A stretch of 64,000 bases of DNA from Dehalococcoidia bacterium (lineage in GTDB: Bacteria; Chloroflexota; Dehalococcoidia; Bin125). The position numbers were made by a program, and so were the translations under genes. Of the stretch, positions 1-9,785 are shown piece after piece (positions within the stretch are counted from its first letter, which is position 1; the number at the start of each line of letters is the position of its first letter). The notes beneath the pieces are model-generated. The model was given only the letters and a program-made list of their open reading frames with translations, did no database searches and was not told the origin of the DNA. The stretch lies in contig OZ244071.1 in assembly GCA_965215555.1 (NCBI GenBank), positions 1,038,471 through 1,102,470 of the forward strand, given 5' to 3'.

Positions 1-576
1 CGTCACCGTGGCAAACAGCGGCGTGGAACTATTGAACTCTGCGAGCGCGTCTTTGCAGGCCAGGATCGCAGCTTTCCCCTGTAGGAGGTCGTACACGGTC
101 TCGACCAGCAACGCATCGACGCCGCCTTCGAGCAACCCACGCGCCTGCTCGAGGTAGGCCGCGTGGATCTCATCGAAGCCGATGTGTCCAAGTGTCGGCA
201 GCTTGGTCCCCGGTCCCAACGAGCCCAGTGCATAGCGTGGTTGTTGGGGCGTCGAGAATCGGTCCGCCACGCTGCGAGCGATTCGCGCCGATTCACGGTT
301 GATCTCGCGGGTCCGCTCGGACAGGTCGTACTCGCCCAATGTGACGACCGACCCACCGAAGGTATTGGTCAGAACAGCGTCGGCGCCGGCTTCGAAGTAG
401 GACTCATGCAGCGAGGCCACCGCGTCAGGTCGCGAGATGTTCAGAATCTCATTGCATCCCTCGAGACCGTCGAAGTCGGAGAGCGACAAGTCCAGAAGTT
501 GCAGGCCAGTCCCCGTCGCGCCATCGAGCACGATGACGCGTTCGGCCGCGGCGGTGAGAAAGTCAGGGCGTTGCAT
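1..576 (-). CDS. metH: Methionine synthase (MetH) N-terminal homocysteine S-methyltransferase domain, 3'-truncated by the window edge
   Basis: Manual translation of the reverse strand from the ATG at 574-576 gives MQRPDFLTAAAERVIVLDGATGTGLQLLDLSL...LVETVYDLLQGKAAILACKDA, the typical Hcy-binding/pterin-independent S-methyltransferase N-terminus (VLDGxxGT). The frame runs off the window start; the ORF track shows only a noise frame here. Confidence 0.65.
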   Translation of the reverse strand, partial: MQRPDFLTAAAERVIVLDGATGTGLQLLDLSLSDFDGLEGCNEILNISRPDAVASLHESYFEAGADAVLTNTFGGSVVTLGEYDLSERTREINRESARIARSVADRFSTPQQPRYALGSLGPGTKLPTLGHIGFDEIHAAYLEQARGLLEGGVDALLVETVYDLLQGKAAILACKDALAEFNSSTPLFATVT

Positions 577-681
577 CTGTTGATCGTAGCCACCACGCCA
601 AGGATCGGCAGTATTGCGCTAACACATCAAGGTCCGGCCACCAACGCCAACACTGTCATTCCCGCCCTTGCCTGGAGGCGC

Positions 682-1308
682 TTATCCGCCAAACCGGCGC
701 CGCAGCGCCCCACCGAGACCGCCGCTGGACTGCTCTATCTGCGCCTCAAGCTGTTCCACCTGCTTCTGCAGCCGCTCATTCTCACGACTCAGGCGATTCC
801 GCTCTTGTCGGAATTCCTCGTGCCGTTGATCGAGGGTCGACTGCAACTCTGTCGCCTTATGTTCCGCCGCAACTTGCGCCGCTGACGCTGCCGACAACGA
901 GGAGGCCGACTCTTTCGCTGCCTGCTCGTAGAAGGTCGACTTCTCCGTCAGGGCCTGATGTTCTGTGCGCAGTTGACCGAGCTCCTGCTCCGCCGCTTCC
1001 GCGCGTTGCTTCAGTCCGGCAAGTTCAGACTGCGCCGACTCCGCGGACTCGGTCGCAGTCGTTGCCTGCGTGCGCAGCGACTCTAACTCTGTCTTTGCCT
1101 CGCGCAGCTCATTGCGCAGCGGCTCAACTTCCTCGCCCGCCTTCGACAACCGGCCGGCAAGCATGTCGAGATGGCCACGCAAGTCGCGGGCCTGTTTCTC
1201 GGACTTCTTCGCACGTTCCTCGAGTGAATCCGCCCGGGCGACCGCCGTCTTGCGGCCAGCCTCGGCACGCTCCGCTCGGGCCCGCTCGACTCGAACTGAG
1301 TCAGCCAT
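682..1308 (-). CDS. Coiled-coil protein rich in A/E/Q/R; hypothetical
   Basis: 208-aa ORF with heptad-like ELxxL repeats (LESLRTQ..., LQKQVEQLEAQIEQ). No competing plausible ORF on the other strand. Confidence 0.45.
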   Translation of the reverse strand: MADSVRVERARAERAEAGRKTAVARADSLEERAKKSEKQARDLRGHLDMLAGRLSKAGEEVEPLRNELREAKTELESLRTQATTATESAESAQSELAGLKQRAEAAEQELGQLRTEHQALTEKSTFYEQAAKESASSLSAASAAQVAAEHKATELQSTLDQRHEEFRQERNRLSRENERLQKQVEQLEAQIEQSSGGLGGALRRRFGG

Positions 1309-1337
1309 GGGTAGTCCTGTGATCCGTTACGCAGACT

Positions 1338-2558
1338 TTACGCGCCGGCGCGGACGGCCTCAATCGCTGCCGTCCAGCGATCGTCGAGAGACGAATCGTT
1401 GACCGTTGCCAGCACGTAGTCGCCGAAGGCGGCGGTCGTGGCGCCGCTGTCGCGACCGGTCATCACGAGTTCCTTCTCGTACTGACCGCAGAGGTCCATG
1501 GCCTTGTCGAGCTTGCCGCCCAGCTCGGGGAAGCCAATGTGGGAGAGCAGCATCGCTCCGGCACGCAGCATCGAGGACGGATCGGCGTAGATGTCGCGAC
1601 CCTCGCGCACCATGCGCGGCGCTGAGCCGTGAATCGCCTCGAACATCGCCGTCTTCGTGCCAATGTTGGCCGCGCCAGCCGTGCCGACGCCGCCCTGGAA
1701 CTCGGCCGCTTCGTCCGTCAGGATGTCGCCGTAGAGGTTGGGCAGGGCAAAGACCTGGAAGTTTGAGCGGCGCTTCGGGTCGACGAGCTTGGCGGTCATG
1801 ATGTCGATGTACCACCCTTCCCATTCGATCCCCGGGTAGTCCTCGCCGACCTTCCTCGCGGCGTCAAGGAAAGCGCCGTCGGTCGTCTTGATCACATTCG
1901 CCTTAGTGACGATCGTGACGGAGTCCTTGCCATTGGCCTGGGCATAGTCGAACGCGGCCCGAATGATCCGCTCGGATCCGGGATTCGAGAGAATCTTGAA
2001 GTCGATGTTCAGGTCGCCAATCGAGAATCCCTCGGATCCGACGGCGTACAGGTCTTCGGTGTTCTCGCGGAAGAAGGTCCAGTCGATGCCTTCAGCCGGC
2101 ACCCGAACCGGACGCACGTTGGCGAACAGATCCAGGACCTTGCGCATCGCCACGTTGGCCGACTCAATGTTGGGCCAGCCGTCACCCTGCTCCGGAGTGG
2201 TGGTCGGGCCCTTGAGGGTGACATCGCACTCGTGGATTTCCTTGAGCACGCCCTCGGGAATCGCCGCCAGTTCGTCGGCGCGACGCTCGATCGTGAGACC
2301 ATCGATGGTGCGGAACGTGACGCGTCCCGACGACACCTGGTCAGCCAACAGCGCCTCAAGCACGCGCTGTGATTCATGCGCAATCGACGGTCCAATGCCG
2401 TCGCCGCCAAGCACGCCGATCTCAATGTGGTCGAGCGCGGTGAAATCGGTTGGCTCGCCTTCGGCCTTGATTCCATCCACCCGCGTCTGTTGAGCCTCGA
2501 GCAGTTCGCCAAAACGCGTCTTCGCCAGCTCGATGGTGTCAATCGTGGGCATGGTCAT
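1338..2558 (-). CDS. icd: Isocitrate dehydrogenase (NADP-dependent), isocitrate/isopropylmalate dehydrogenase family
   Basis: GDGIGPSI motif and family-typical blocks (NLYGDILTDEAA, GSAP...). The internal start MTMPTIDT at 2558 is preceded by GAGGAGG; the upstream 47 codons of the track ORF are probably non-coding. Confidence 0.8.
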   Translation of the reverse strand: MTMPTIDTIELAKTRFGELLEAQQTRVDGIKAEGEPTDFTALDHIEIGVLGGDGIGPSIAHESQRVLEALLADQVSSGRVTFRTIDGLTIERRADELAAIPEGVLKEIHECDVTLKGPTTTPEQGDGWPNIESANVAMRKVLDLFANVRPVRVPAEGIDWTFFRENTEDLYAVGSEGFSIGDLNIDFKILSNPGSERIIRAAFDYAQANGKDSVTIVTKANVIKTTDGAFLDAARKVGEDYPGIEWEGWYIDIMTAKLVDPKRRSNFQVFALPNLYGDILTDEAAEFQGGVGTAGAANIGTKTAMFEAIHGSAPRMVREGRDIYADPSSMLRAGAMLLSHIGFPELGGKLDKAMDLCGQYEKELVMTGRDSGATTAAFGDYVLATVNDSSLDDRWTAAIEAVRAGA

Positions 2559-2641
2559 CCTCCTCAGCGGTCGACTCCGTGAGACCGCGTCCTCAGGCAG
2601 TCTACCTGCTGCCTGCGCTGAGCCCCCCGGCATGAGAAAAT

Positions 2642-3589
2642 CTATTCGTGGTCGGACACTCCACCCCAGGCCACATAGTCGATCCCCGCCGGCGACCATC
2701 CCAACAGCACGAGAGAACCGTAATCGCCAGCACTCACTTGCCGTTCGGTCCCATCCACTGAAGCCACCACGAGCCGTCCATTGCCTGTCGGAAACACAAC
2801 GCCGCTGCTGTCAGGCGCCCAATGCACACTGTGCGGCGGGGCATAAGGAAACGAGTGGGACTCACCAGCAGGCGATCTCAACACAAGCTCATCACCCGTC
2901 GTCTCCACACGCCACTGCCGATCAGGAGACTCCTCGGCTTCCCTGAAATCAGGGTACGGATTCGGGCCGTCGGCTGGTATCGATTCCCCAACCAACCTCA
3001 ATTGTTTGCCATATGGATCTGAGCGGTACCGTTGATACGTTCCGTATTGTTGACGCTCCTCTATGGCTATCCACTGAGAAGATGGTCCTACTGTTACCAA
3101 GACCCGCGCCTGTGAATGCATGAGTCTTAACGTTAGCGGCTCTCGAAGCGGGCCTTCCTCATCCTCCGCCGGCTTCGGTTCAGCGGGAACAAAGCGCCCC
3201 ACAAAGCCGGGGACACTTTCTCCGCTCTCGTCGTGAGCATGGACCACGATCAGGCCCTGCCGTTGGGAAGAGTATTCTATGCGAACACCCTTCGGTATCG
3301 CTAGCAACCCATAACGCGTCCCAGACTCTGGATCTACCGCTGTAAGAATCGATCGATCACCGCATTGCGGAGTGAGCACCACCGGCCAACCTGTAGCTTC
3401 CATCCACCCATAGACGGGACTCAGCGACCATATTCGCGCCTGCACACCGTTAGTCTCAGAGACGAAGGAAATCAGCCTCAAGCTTGCCGAAATGCCACAT
3501 GGTTCGACGATAGGTTTCACTGGAGGAGCCACCAGGACGACAAGCGTATACAGAACCAAGATGTGCAAGAGCGCGAGAGATGCCATCAT
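2642..3589 (-). CDS. Hypothetical membrane-anchored protein (N-terminal TM helix), no recognisable family
   Basis: 315-aa ORF with hydrophobic N-terminus LALLHILVLYTLVVLVAPP. Visibly lower GC than its neighbours. Confidence 0.5.
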   Translation of the reverse strand: MMASLALLHILVLYTLVVLVAPPVKPIVEPCGISASLRLISFVSETNGVQARIWSLSPVYGWMEATGWPVVLTPQCGDRSILTAVDPESGTRYGLLAIPKGVRIEYSSQRQGLIVVHAHDESGESVPGFVGRFVPAEPKPAEDEEGPLREPLTLRLMHSQARVLVTVGPSSQWIAIEERQQYGTYQRYRSDPYGKQLRLVGESIPADGPNPYPDFREAEESPDRQWRVETTGDELVLRSPAGESHSFPYAPPHSVHWAPDSSGVVFPTGNGRLVVASVDGTERQVSAGDYGSLVLLGWSPAGIDYVAWGGVSDHE

Positions 3590-3630
3590 AGTCAGACATA
3601 TCCCCGCGTAAGTGTTTCACTGCCGAAACA

Positions 3631-5607
3631 CTACGTGCCCAATCCGAGCTCGCGCAGGAATGCGTCGGCGTTTGGCTCCCGACCGAGGAACTGCTGGATC
3701 AAGTGCTCGGCATCCGCTGTTCCGCCCGGCTCGAGGATGTGCTGCCGATACTCGGCGCCGACGCTTGACACCGACGCACCTGGTGCTTCAAACCGCGTAA
3801 ACATATCGTCGCCAAACACACGTGACCACAAGTAGCCGTAGTAGCCCGCATCGTAGCCGAAGAGATGACCGAAACCAGCCTGGAAGTGCGTGTTTTCTGG
3901 AAACGGGAAACCAGTAATCGGATGTAGTTCGCGGGCCATATCGTCAGTGCTCTTGCCCGACTCCGAGTGATACGCCAAGTCCAACCGCGAGAAGTACACT
4001 TGCCGCAATGTGGCAATCGCCGATGACGTATGTTTCGCCTCAATCATCCGATTGATCAGCGAGGTCGGCAGCGGATCGCCCGACTCGTAATGTCGACTGA
4101 AGCTGCCCAACATCGCCGGCTGCCAGCACCAGTGCTCGAGCATCTGCGACGGCGCCTCGACAAAGTCACGCTCAACACGCGTTCCGCTGAAGCGTGTGAA
4201 ACGGGAGGTCGTCAACGTCTGGTGCAGAATGTGTCCGAACTCGTGGAACAGTGTCACCACCTCCGTGTGTCGCAACAGCGACGGCGACGTCTCGGTCGGC
4301 TTCGTGAAGTTGGCCACGATTGAGGAAATCGGGCGCTGGTACTCATCGCCCAGCCGCCGACCGCCGCGCAGCGTGAACGCCGCTGCATGTCCGAACTTTC
4401 CTGGTCGCGGATAGAGATCCATGTAGAAGCGTGCTAGTGCTTCCCCGGAGGACGGATCAACGATGTCAAACGGCTGCGCATCCTCGTGCCAGGCAGCATC
4501 CGTTGCATCCGGACGTGCGACAAACCTGACGCCCACCAACTCTTCGTAGATCCTGAACATTCCGTCCAGCACAGCGTCGAGTGGGAAGTATGCAGCGACG
4601 TCAAACGGATCGACTTGGTACTGCTCCTGAACCACCTGATTGGTGTAGTAGCGCCAATCGGCGATGTTGACTGGCCCCTGCTCACCGGTACGGCGCTCCT
4701 GCTCCCGCGCAAGTCTGTCCAGGTCGGCCGCCAGCTTCGGCTGCAATCGCTCCTCGAGGTCGGTGAGGAAGTCGAGCACGGCATGGGTCTGCTTGGCCAT
4801 CTTCACTTCAAGCGCGTACGCGGCCCATGACTCGAATCCCAGTCGTTGCGCCATGTCGGCTCGAACACCGAGTGCTTCCTCGAGGATCTCAATGTTGGCA
4901 CCGGACGCCTTGTTGTGGTTCTTGTGAAACAGCTCCCGCCGTCGGTCGGCATCGTGGGCGCTGTCCAGGAAAGGATGCAGCTCGGGATAGTCCAGCCCGA
5001 CCTTGTAGCGGACGGCCCCATCCACCTCGATCGTCCGCAGTCGCTCGATGTATCCGTCCGGCAGTCCATCGAGTTCATCGCGGCTGAGCTCAACGAAGTC
5101 TTCGTAGTCATCGATGTTCTTGCGAAACTGAATGCCCAGGCCGACAAGCCGTTCCTGCAGCGCCTTGAGTTCGTCGCGCGTCTGCTTGGGCAGTTCGAGT
5201 CCGTTGCGTCGATAGTCACGCAGCGCAAACTCCAACAGCCGTCGAGCGTCATCGGGCAACGCCTCCAACTCGGCTCTCGTCGCGTAGGCCTTGAGGGCAC
5301 GATCGATGTCCTCGCGAAACCCGATCCCTGCAGCGAAGACGTTTAATCGCTCTTCGTGCTGATGGGCGGCGGCCCGCAGGTCATCGTCTGCCGCGACCTG
5401 AGAAAAAAAGCCGAACTGACCCGAGGCCTGGTTCAGCACGTTGCCAATCTCATCAAGCGGCAACACCGTGTTGTCGAAGGTGCGCTGACCATCAGGGACA
5501 GAGACCAGCTCATCCGCCAGTCGGTCCACAGTCCGCATGGCATCATCGACGCCGCGTTCGATGTCTGCTGTTGTCGTCGTAGCCCAATTTGGTGTCTCGA
5601 TGCTCAT
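3631..5607 (-). CDS. M3 family zinc metallopeptidase (oligopeptidase A / peptidyl-dipeptidase Dcp-like)
   Basis: 658 aa with HEFGH zinc motif (LFHEFGHILHQ) and M3-typical C-terminal blocks (FQAGFGHLFGYDAGYY). Confidence 0.85.
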   Translation of the reverse strand: MSIETPNWATTTTADIERGVDDAMRTVDRLADELVSVPDGQRTFDNTVLPLDEIGNVLNQASGQFGFFSQVAADDDLRAAAHQHEERLNVFAAGIGFREDIDRALKAYATRAELEALPDDARRLLEFALRDYRRNGLELPKQTRDELKALQERLVGLGIQFRKNIDDYEDFVELSRDELDGLPDGYIERLRTIEVDGAVRYKVGLDYPELHPFLDSAHDADRRRELFHKNHNKASGANIEILEEALGVRADMAQRLGFESWAAYALEVKMAKQTHAVLDFLTDLEERLQPKLAADLDRLAREQERRTGEQGPVNIADWRYYTNQVVQEQYQVDPFDVAAYFPLDAVLDGMFRIYEELVGVRFVARPDATDAAWHEDAQPFDIVDPSSGEALARFYMDLYPRPGKFGHAAAFTLRGGRRLGDEYQRPISSIVANFTKPTETSPSLLRHTEVVTLFHEFGHILHQTLTTSRFTRFSGTRVERDFVEAPSQMLEHWCWQPAMLGSFSRHYESGDPLPTSLINRMIEAKHTSSAIATLRQVYFSRLDLAYHSESGKSTDDMARELHPITGFPFPENTHFQAGFGHLFGYDAGYYGYLWSRVFGDDMFTRFEAPGASVSSVGAEYRQHILEPGGTADAEHLIQQFLGREPNADAFLRELGLGT

Positions 5608-5716
5608 CAGCGCTCTCCTGTTGCGGCTACGGTACCCGCAGTCTTGGACAGTGCGTATGATCGTGCGAACGCTGAGTCAACACTCCACCCACTCGCGTAC
5701 TCATCCGAGGGTTGCC

Positions 5717-6670
5717 ATGACCGACATCACTCACTCCCAGATCGATCTCTCGACCGGCATCAACATGCACATCGCCGAGGCCGGTGATGGCCCGGCCGTC
5801 GTCTTCTGCCACGGCTTTCCCGAGCTCTGGTATTCGTGGCGACATCAGATTCCCGTCGTCGCCGAGGCTGGATTCCGCGCCATCGCACCGGACATGCGCG
5901 GCTACGGCGGCACCGACTCGCCTCCCAACGCCGAGGACTTCACCCAGGAACTGATCTGCGCCGACATGGTTGCGTTGCTCGACGCCTTGGGCATCGACGA
6001 CGCCGTCTTCGTTGGCCACGACTGGGGCGGCGCGGTCATCTGGAACATGGCCAAGCATCACCCAACCCGCGTCCGCGCCGTCGCCGGGATCAATACGCCG
6101 GCTGGCCGGCGACCGCCGATCAACCCGCTCGAGGCGATGAAGATGGATCCGGGCCGCTTCGACTACCAGCTCTATTTCCAGGACGAAGGAGTTGCTGAGG
6201 CCGAGTTGGGCGGCAATGTCCGCCGGACGATGAGTCTGATGCTGCGCACCTCCAAGCCCGAGGACCGGCTCGACGTGATCGGCATGACCTCGGGCGTCCG
6301 CGAGCGCGGCGGCCTCCTCGTCGGCCTGCCCGACGACGCCGAGCGCTCAATCATGCTCACGGAAGAAGACCTCGACACCTTCGTCAGTGCGTTCGAGAAG
6401 TCCGGATTCCGAGGCGGACTGAACTGGTATCGCAATCACGGCCGAAACTGGGAATGGGACGCCGCTGTTGACGGCAACAATATCGAGCAGCCAGCCCTGA
6501 TGGTCACCGCCGGCAAAGACGGAGTGCTGCTCCCCTCAATGACCGAAGGCATGGAAGACTGGATTCCCAACCTTTCGCGAGGCCACATCGAAGACTGCGG
6601 CCACTGGACCCAGCAGGAAGAACCAGAGGAACTGAACCGCATCCTCGTGGGTTGGCTAGCTACGCTGTAA
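5717..6670 (+). CDS. Alpha/beta hydrolase, epoxide-hydrolase-like
   Basis: HGFPELWYSWRHQ (HGxP oxyanion plus sW motif), GHDWGG nucleophile elbow, C-terminal H in ...GHIEDCGHW. Start chosen at MTDITH (5717). Confidence 0.8.
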   Translation: MTDITHSQIDLSTGINMHIAEAGDGPAVVFCHGFPELWYSWRHQIPVVAEAGFRAIAPDMRGYGGTDSPPNAEDFTQELICADMVALLDALGIDDAVFVGHDWGGAVIWNMAKHHPTRVRAVAGINTPAGRRPPINPLEAMKMDPGRFDYQLYFQDEGVAEAELGGNVRRTMSLMLRTSKPEDRLDVIGMTSGVRERGGLLVGLPDDAERSIMLTEEDLDTFVSAFEKSGFRGGLNWYRNHGRNWEWDAAVDGNNIEQPALMVTAGKDGVLLPSMTEGMEDWIPNLSRGHIEDCGHWTQQEEPEELNRILVGWLATL

Positions 6671-6731
6671 CAGGGCTGCAACAGGTTCGCCGAATCCCAA
6701 ATGGCTGCCTGAGCGCTACGTTCCAGTTTCG

Positions 6732-6872
6732 GTCATTCCCGCGCTCCGTCGCGGAAATCTCGACGCAATAGGCATCAGACGCCAATTCGAAGAGAAGGGT
6801 TTCCCATTGGGAGACCAACTCCACCATCAGCCTGTGGTGCAAATCGCGATACACCCGCCGCAAGCGGAGACC
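6732..6872. repeat. MITE-like repeat, copy A (degenerate right end)
   Basis: Begins with gtcattcccgcgctccgtcgcggaaatctcg hairpin. The ~125-bp core is ~90% identical to 7040-7178. Confidence 0.6.
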
Positions 6873-6884
6873 TTTGAATTATTC

Positions 6885-7185
6885 GTCATACCCGCGCTTG
6901 CCGCGGGTATCTCGCTGAGGCCAGCACCAGAGTCGACGCTGGTGACACGTCCGTAGTTGCACATCGGCGTTACCAAACGGATCGAGATTCCCGCGCTGCG
7001 CGCAGGAATGACGGAGTTGGTGGACTACGCAAAGGCCTCCGCTCCGTCGCGAGAATCTCGACGCAATAGGCATCAGACGCCATTTCGAAGAGAAGGGTTT
7101 CCCATCAGGAGACCAACTCCACTGACTCCACTGCCAGTCTGTGGTGCAAATCGCGAGATACCCGCGGCAAGCGCGGGTATGACGG
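6885..7185. mobile_element. MITE-like element, copy B, with ~35-bp hairpin-forming terminal inverted repeats
   Basis: Left end gtcatacccgcgcttgccgcgggtatctcgctgagg (6885-6920). Right end gcgagatacccgcggcaagcgcgggtatgacgg (7153-7185) is its reverse complement. The same ends occur at 41737-41885 and 62544-62640. Confidence 0.6.
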
Positions 7186-7227
7186 ATTTCTCAGCGAGTA
7201 TGACGACACATGATTGAGGACTGCTGC

Positions 7228-8151
7228 TCAGCCAGCGAAACGCTCCCAACCAATCCCTTCGTGTCGATGCTCATCGACACCGGGATTGATGATCTCCGCA
7301 ATGATCTCAAGCGTCTCCACGACTCTTGGCCCAGGTCGATTGACGTACTGATTTCCGTCAATCAAGGCGATGCGATCTTCGCGCACCGCTCGGAGCTGTC
7401 GCCAGTCCTCGCGCTCGTGTAGCAGCTTCGCATCCTCACGCGTTCTCTCCAGGTCGTAGCCGCATGGTGCGATGATGATCACATCCGGATCCGCCTCAGC
7501 CAGATCAGACATCTCGAAGTGCAACGACGGACCAGCAGGTTCGCCGATCACCGGTACACCGCCTGCTCGCACGATCAGCTCCATCGTCCAATGACCCGCT
7601 GTCATCAGCGGATCGGCCCACTCCACGACTGCGACGCGGGGTGAGTTCGACGTTTCCGGGACCTGTGCGATCCGGCGTTGCAGGTCCGTGACCAGCGCCT
7701 GTCCACGCTCAGCAATCCAAAGCGCGTCGGCGGTTCGCGTCATGTCGTCGAAGATGTCACTGAGTGAGTTGGGAGCAAGCGGAATCAGTTTCGTGTCGAA
7801 TCCGGTGAGTTGCTCGACGGCTCGCTCCACGTCGCGCAGGCTGACGGCGCAGACCTCGCACTGCGTTTGCGTGACGATGTGCGTCGGCGCAAGCTCCTGC
7901 AACAGGTCCATGTCAATCGCGTAGACGCCCAGGGCGTCCTCGGATCGAGCTGCAAGCGCCAGCTCACGCACCTGCCGATCGATCGCTCCACTGGCAGCGC
8001 CAGGTAGAAACCTGGGACTGGTCAGCACCGGCAGATGTTGCGCTTCGGGCGGATAGTCACACTCGTGCGACCGACCCACCAGATCGTCGCCGGCGCCCAA
8101 GGCGCAGACAATCTCGGTGGCGCTCGGCAGTAGCGAAACGATCCGGGCCAT
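7228..8151 (-). CDS. Class III periplasmic-binding-protein fold, BtuF/FecB-like cobalamin/siderophore-binding protein lacking a signal peptide
   Basis: N-terminus RIVSLLPSATEIVCALGAGDDLVGRSHECDYPPEA matches the BtuF-type binding-protein signature; no signal peptide. Confidence 0.55.
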   Translation of the reverse strand: MARIVSLLPSATEIVCALGAGDDLVGRSHECDYPPEAQHLPVLTSPRFLPGAASGAIDRQVRELALAARSEDALGVYAIDMDLLQELAPTHIVTQTQCEVCAVSLRDVERAVEQLTGFDTKLIPLAPNSLSDIFDDMTRTADALWIAERGQALVTDLQRRIAQVPETSNSPRVAVVEWADPLMTAGHWTMELIVRAGGVPVIGEPAGPSLHFEMSDLAEADPDVIIIAPCGYDLERTREDAKLLHEREDWRQLRAVREDRIALIDGNQYVNRPGPRVVETLEIIAEIINPGVDEHRHEGIGWERFAG

Positions 8152-8160
8152 GACTGGTCC

Positions 8161-9201
8161 TTACTCTGTCAATGGTTCGATGTCGCGGCTTTGACCCGTG
8201 TTCCAAGACTCCCAGACGGCGTCGGTGAAGCGCATGTAGCGGACTCCGTCGGCGAAGCTGGTCAGGGTGACTGGGGCTCCGTCTCGGACTGAGCGCATGA
8301 AGTCGTACTCGACCTGCCAGTCGTGTGCGGTGCCGGGATCGGCGACGATTGCGGCTACGTCATCGCCGTGCTTGCCCCACTCACCGGTGTCACCGAATCG
8401 CCAGTGCAGCCGACCCTCGGAGCCGTAGATGTCAATGCTTGGCGGTTGCGGTGCGCCGGCCGTCACGGCGCTGACTCGATACGTGCAGCGCGCGCCGTTG
8501 GCCATGTCGGCGAAGATGCCCAGGCTGTCGGGAATCACGATGCTGTAGCGCTCACCGGTTTCCTCGTCGACACGGCTGGGCACAAACGTCCGAGCGTGCG
8601 CTGTGACCCGCGTCGTATCACCAAGCCAGCGCTGGATCGTCTCGTTGAAGATGCCAAGCTGCATCATGTTATGTCCGGAGTAGTCGCTTCGGTGGCGCCA
8701 ATGCAGCGGGCCCGACTCGTCCAGACCCGATCCGTTGAGCAGCGTCAGATGGACCTCAATGATGCTGCCCAGCGATCCGTCCTCGCAGAGCCGCTTGATC
8801 GTCTGGCCCAGACCAAAGTCGAACGGCGCAGGCACGAGTTGCGCGACGAGGTCGGGATGCGCGCGATCGAGCGCCAGCATCGCCTCAGCTTCGGTGGCAT
8901 TGGTCGCCATGCGCGCCTCGCAGAGCACGTGCTTGCCCGCTTCAAGCGCCGCTTTCGTGTACTCAAGATGCTTGTAGGGCCAGGTACCAATACTGACGGC
9001 ATCGACGGCCGGGTCCGAGAGCAGTTCCTCGACCGATTCCGAGACCTTCGGAATGTCATACTCAGCGGCAACTCGCTCACCCGATTCGCGCGATCGATTG
9101 ACCACGTTGACGATCTCCACGTCGTTGATCTCGCGGAAGCCGGGAATGTGTCGCAGCTTCTGGTTGCCGCCGGCTCCGATCAGTCCGATTCCAAACGCCA
9201 T
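8161..9201 (-). CDS. Gfo/Idh/MocA family NAD(P)-dependent oxidoreductase
   Basis: Rossmann start MAFGIGLIGAGG (start chosen at 9201), followed by EKP-like and C-terminal alpha/beta domain blocks. Confidence 0.75.
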   Translation of the reverse strand: MAFGIGLIGAGGNQKLRHIPGFREINDVEIVNVVNRSRESGERVAAEYDIPKVSESVEELLSDPAVDAVSIGTWPYKHLEYTKAALEAGKHVLCEARMATNATEAEAMLALDRAHPDLVAQLVPAPFDFGLGQTIKRLCEDGSLGSIIEVHLTLLNGSGLDESGPLHWRHRSDYSGHNMMQLGIFNETIQRWLGDTTRVTAHARTFVPSRVDEETGERYSIVIPDSLGIFADMANGARCTYRVSAVTAGAPQPPSIDIYGSEGRLHWRFGDTGEWGKHGDDVAAIVADPGTAHDWQVEYDFMRSVRDGAPVTLTSFADGVRYMRFTDAVWESWNTGQSRDIEPLTE

Positions 9202-9325
9202 GGCCGGTTCCTCCGTTACATCATTCGTCGTTGAGGTTCGTGATCTCTGGGTCAGGGTAGTCGGGGGCTGCCCTATGCTGCCCAAAGACCCCAATCAATC
9301 AGACCCCAACCAAGGAGTACACGCT

Positions 9326-9766
9326 ATGCCGACTGCCGACGAACTGCGAGCCGGAATCCACGGAGGCGCGGCCGCGCTGCGAACATCGATCCAGGTTTCC
9401 GAAGCCAACTGGGACACGCCGAAGGGCACCGCTGACGATGGCGAAGCTGGCTGGTCGCCGCGCCAGGTCGCCGAGCACGTGATTCCGTCGACAATGATGT
9501 TCGCCAACGGTATCTGCGCCGCCTGTGGCTACGAAGGCCCCGAGAATCCGCTGAGCAGCACAGAATTCGAAACCCCAGCCGACGCACTGGCCGCGCTCGA
9601 CGCCGTCATCTCGGCTGCCGAGAGCAAGGTCAAGCACGTCCAGGACGACGAGCTTGGCAAGTCCGCCGGTGGCGAAGGACTCGGCGCTGCGCCGGTCGCC
9701 ATGCTGATGCAAGGCGCCATGTGGCACTTCGTCGACCACGCCGCGCAGATGAGCAACCCCTTCTAG
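9326..9766 (+). CDS. DinB/YfiT-like (maleylpyruvate-isomerase N-terminal-domain-like) hypothetical protein
   Basis: 146 aa; AAGGAG RBS 8 nt upstream of the ATG at 9326; W...RQVAEHV... and C-terminal HFVDHAAQ His pattern. Confidence 0.4.
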   Translation: MPTADELRAGIHGGAAALRTSIQVSEANWDTPKGTADDGEAGWSPRQVAEHVIPSTMMFANGICAACGYEGPENPLSSTEFETPADALAALDAVISAAESKVKHVQDDELGKSAGGEGLGAAPVAMLMQGAMWHFVDHAAQMSNPF

Positions 9767-9785
9767 TCCCAGGACGAAGATTCAC

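Noticed and set aside
163-885. 240-aa plus-strand ORF overlapping the metH fragment and coiled-coil gene
   Set aside because: Antisense to a well-supported MetH N-terminal frame. R/S/P-rich translation typical of spurious open frames in high-GC DNA.
8323-9234. 303-aa plus-strand ORF
   Set aside because: Lies entirely antisense within the Gfo/Idh/MocA oxidoreductase gene; R-rich composition; no motifs.
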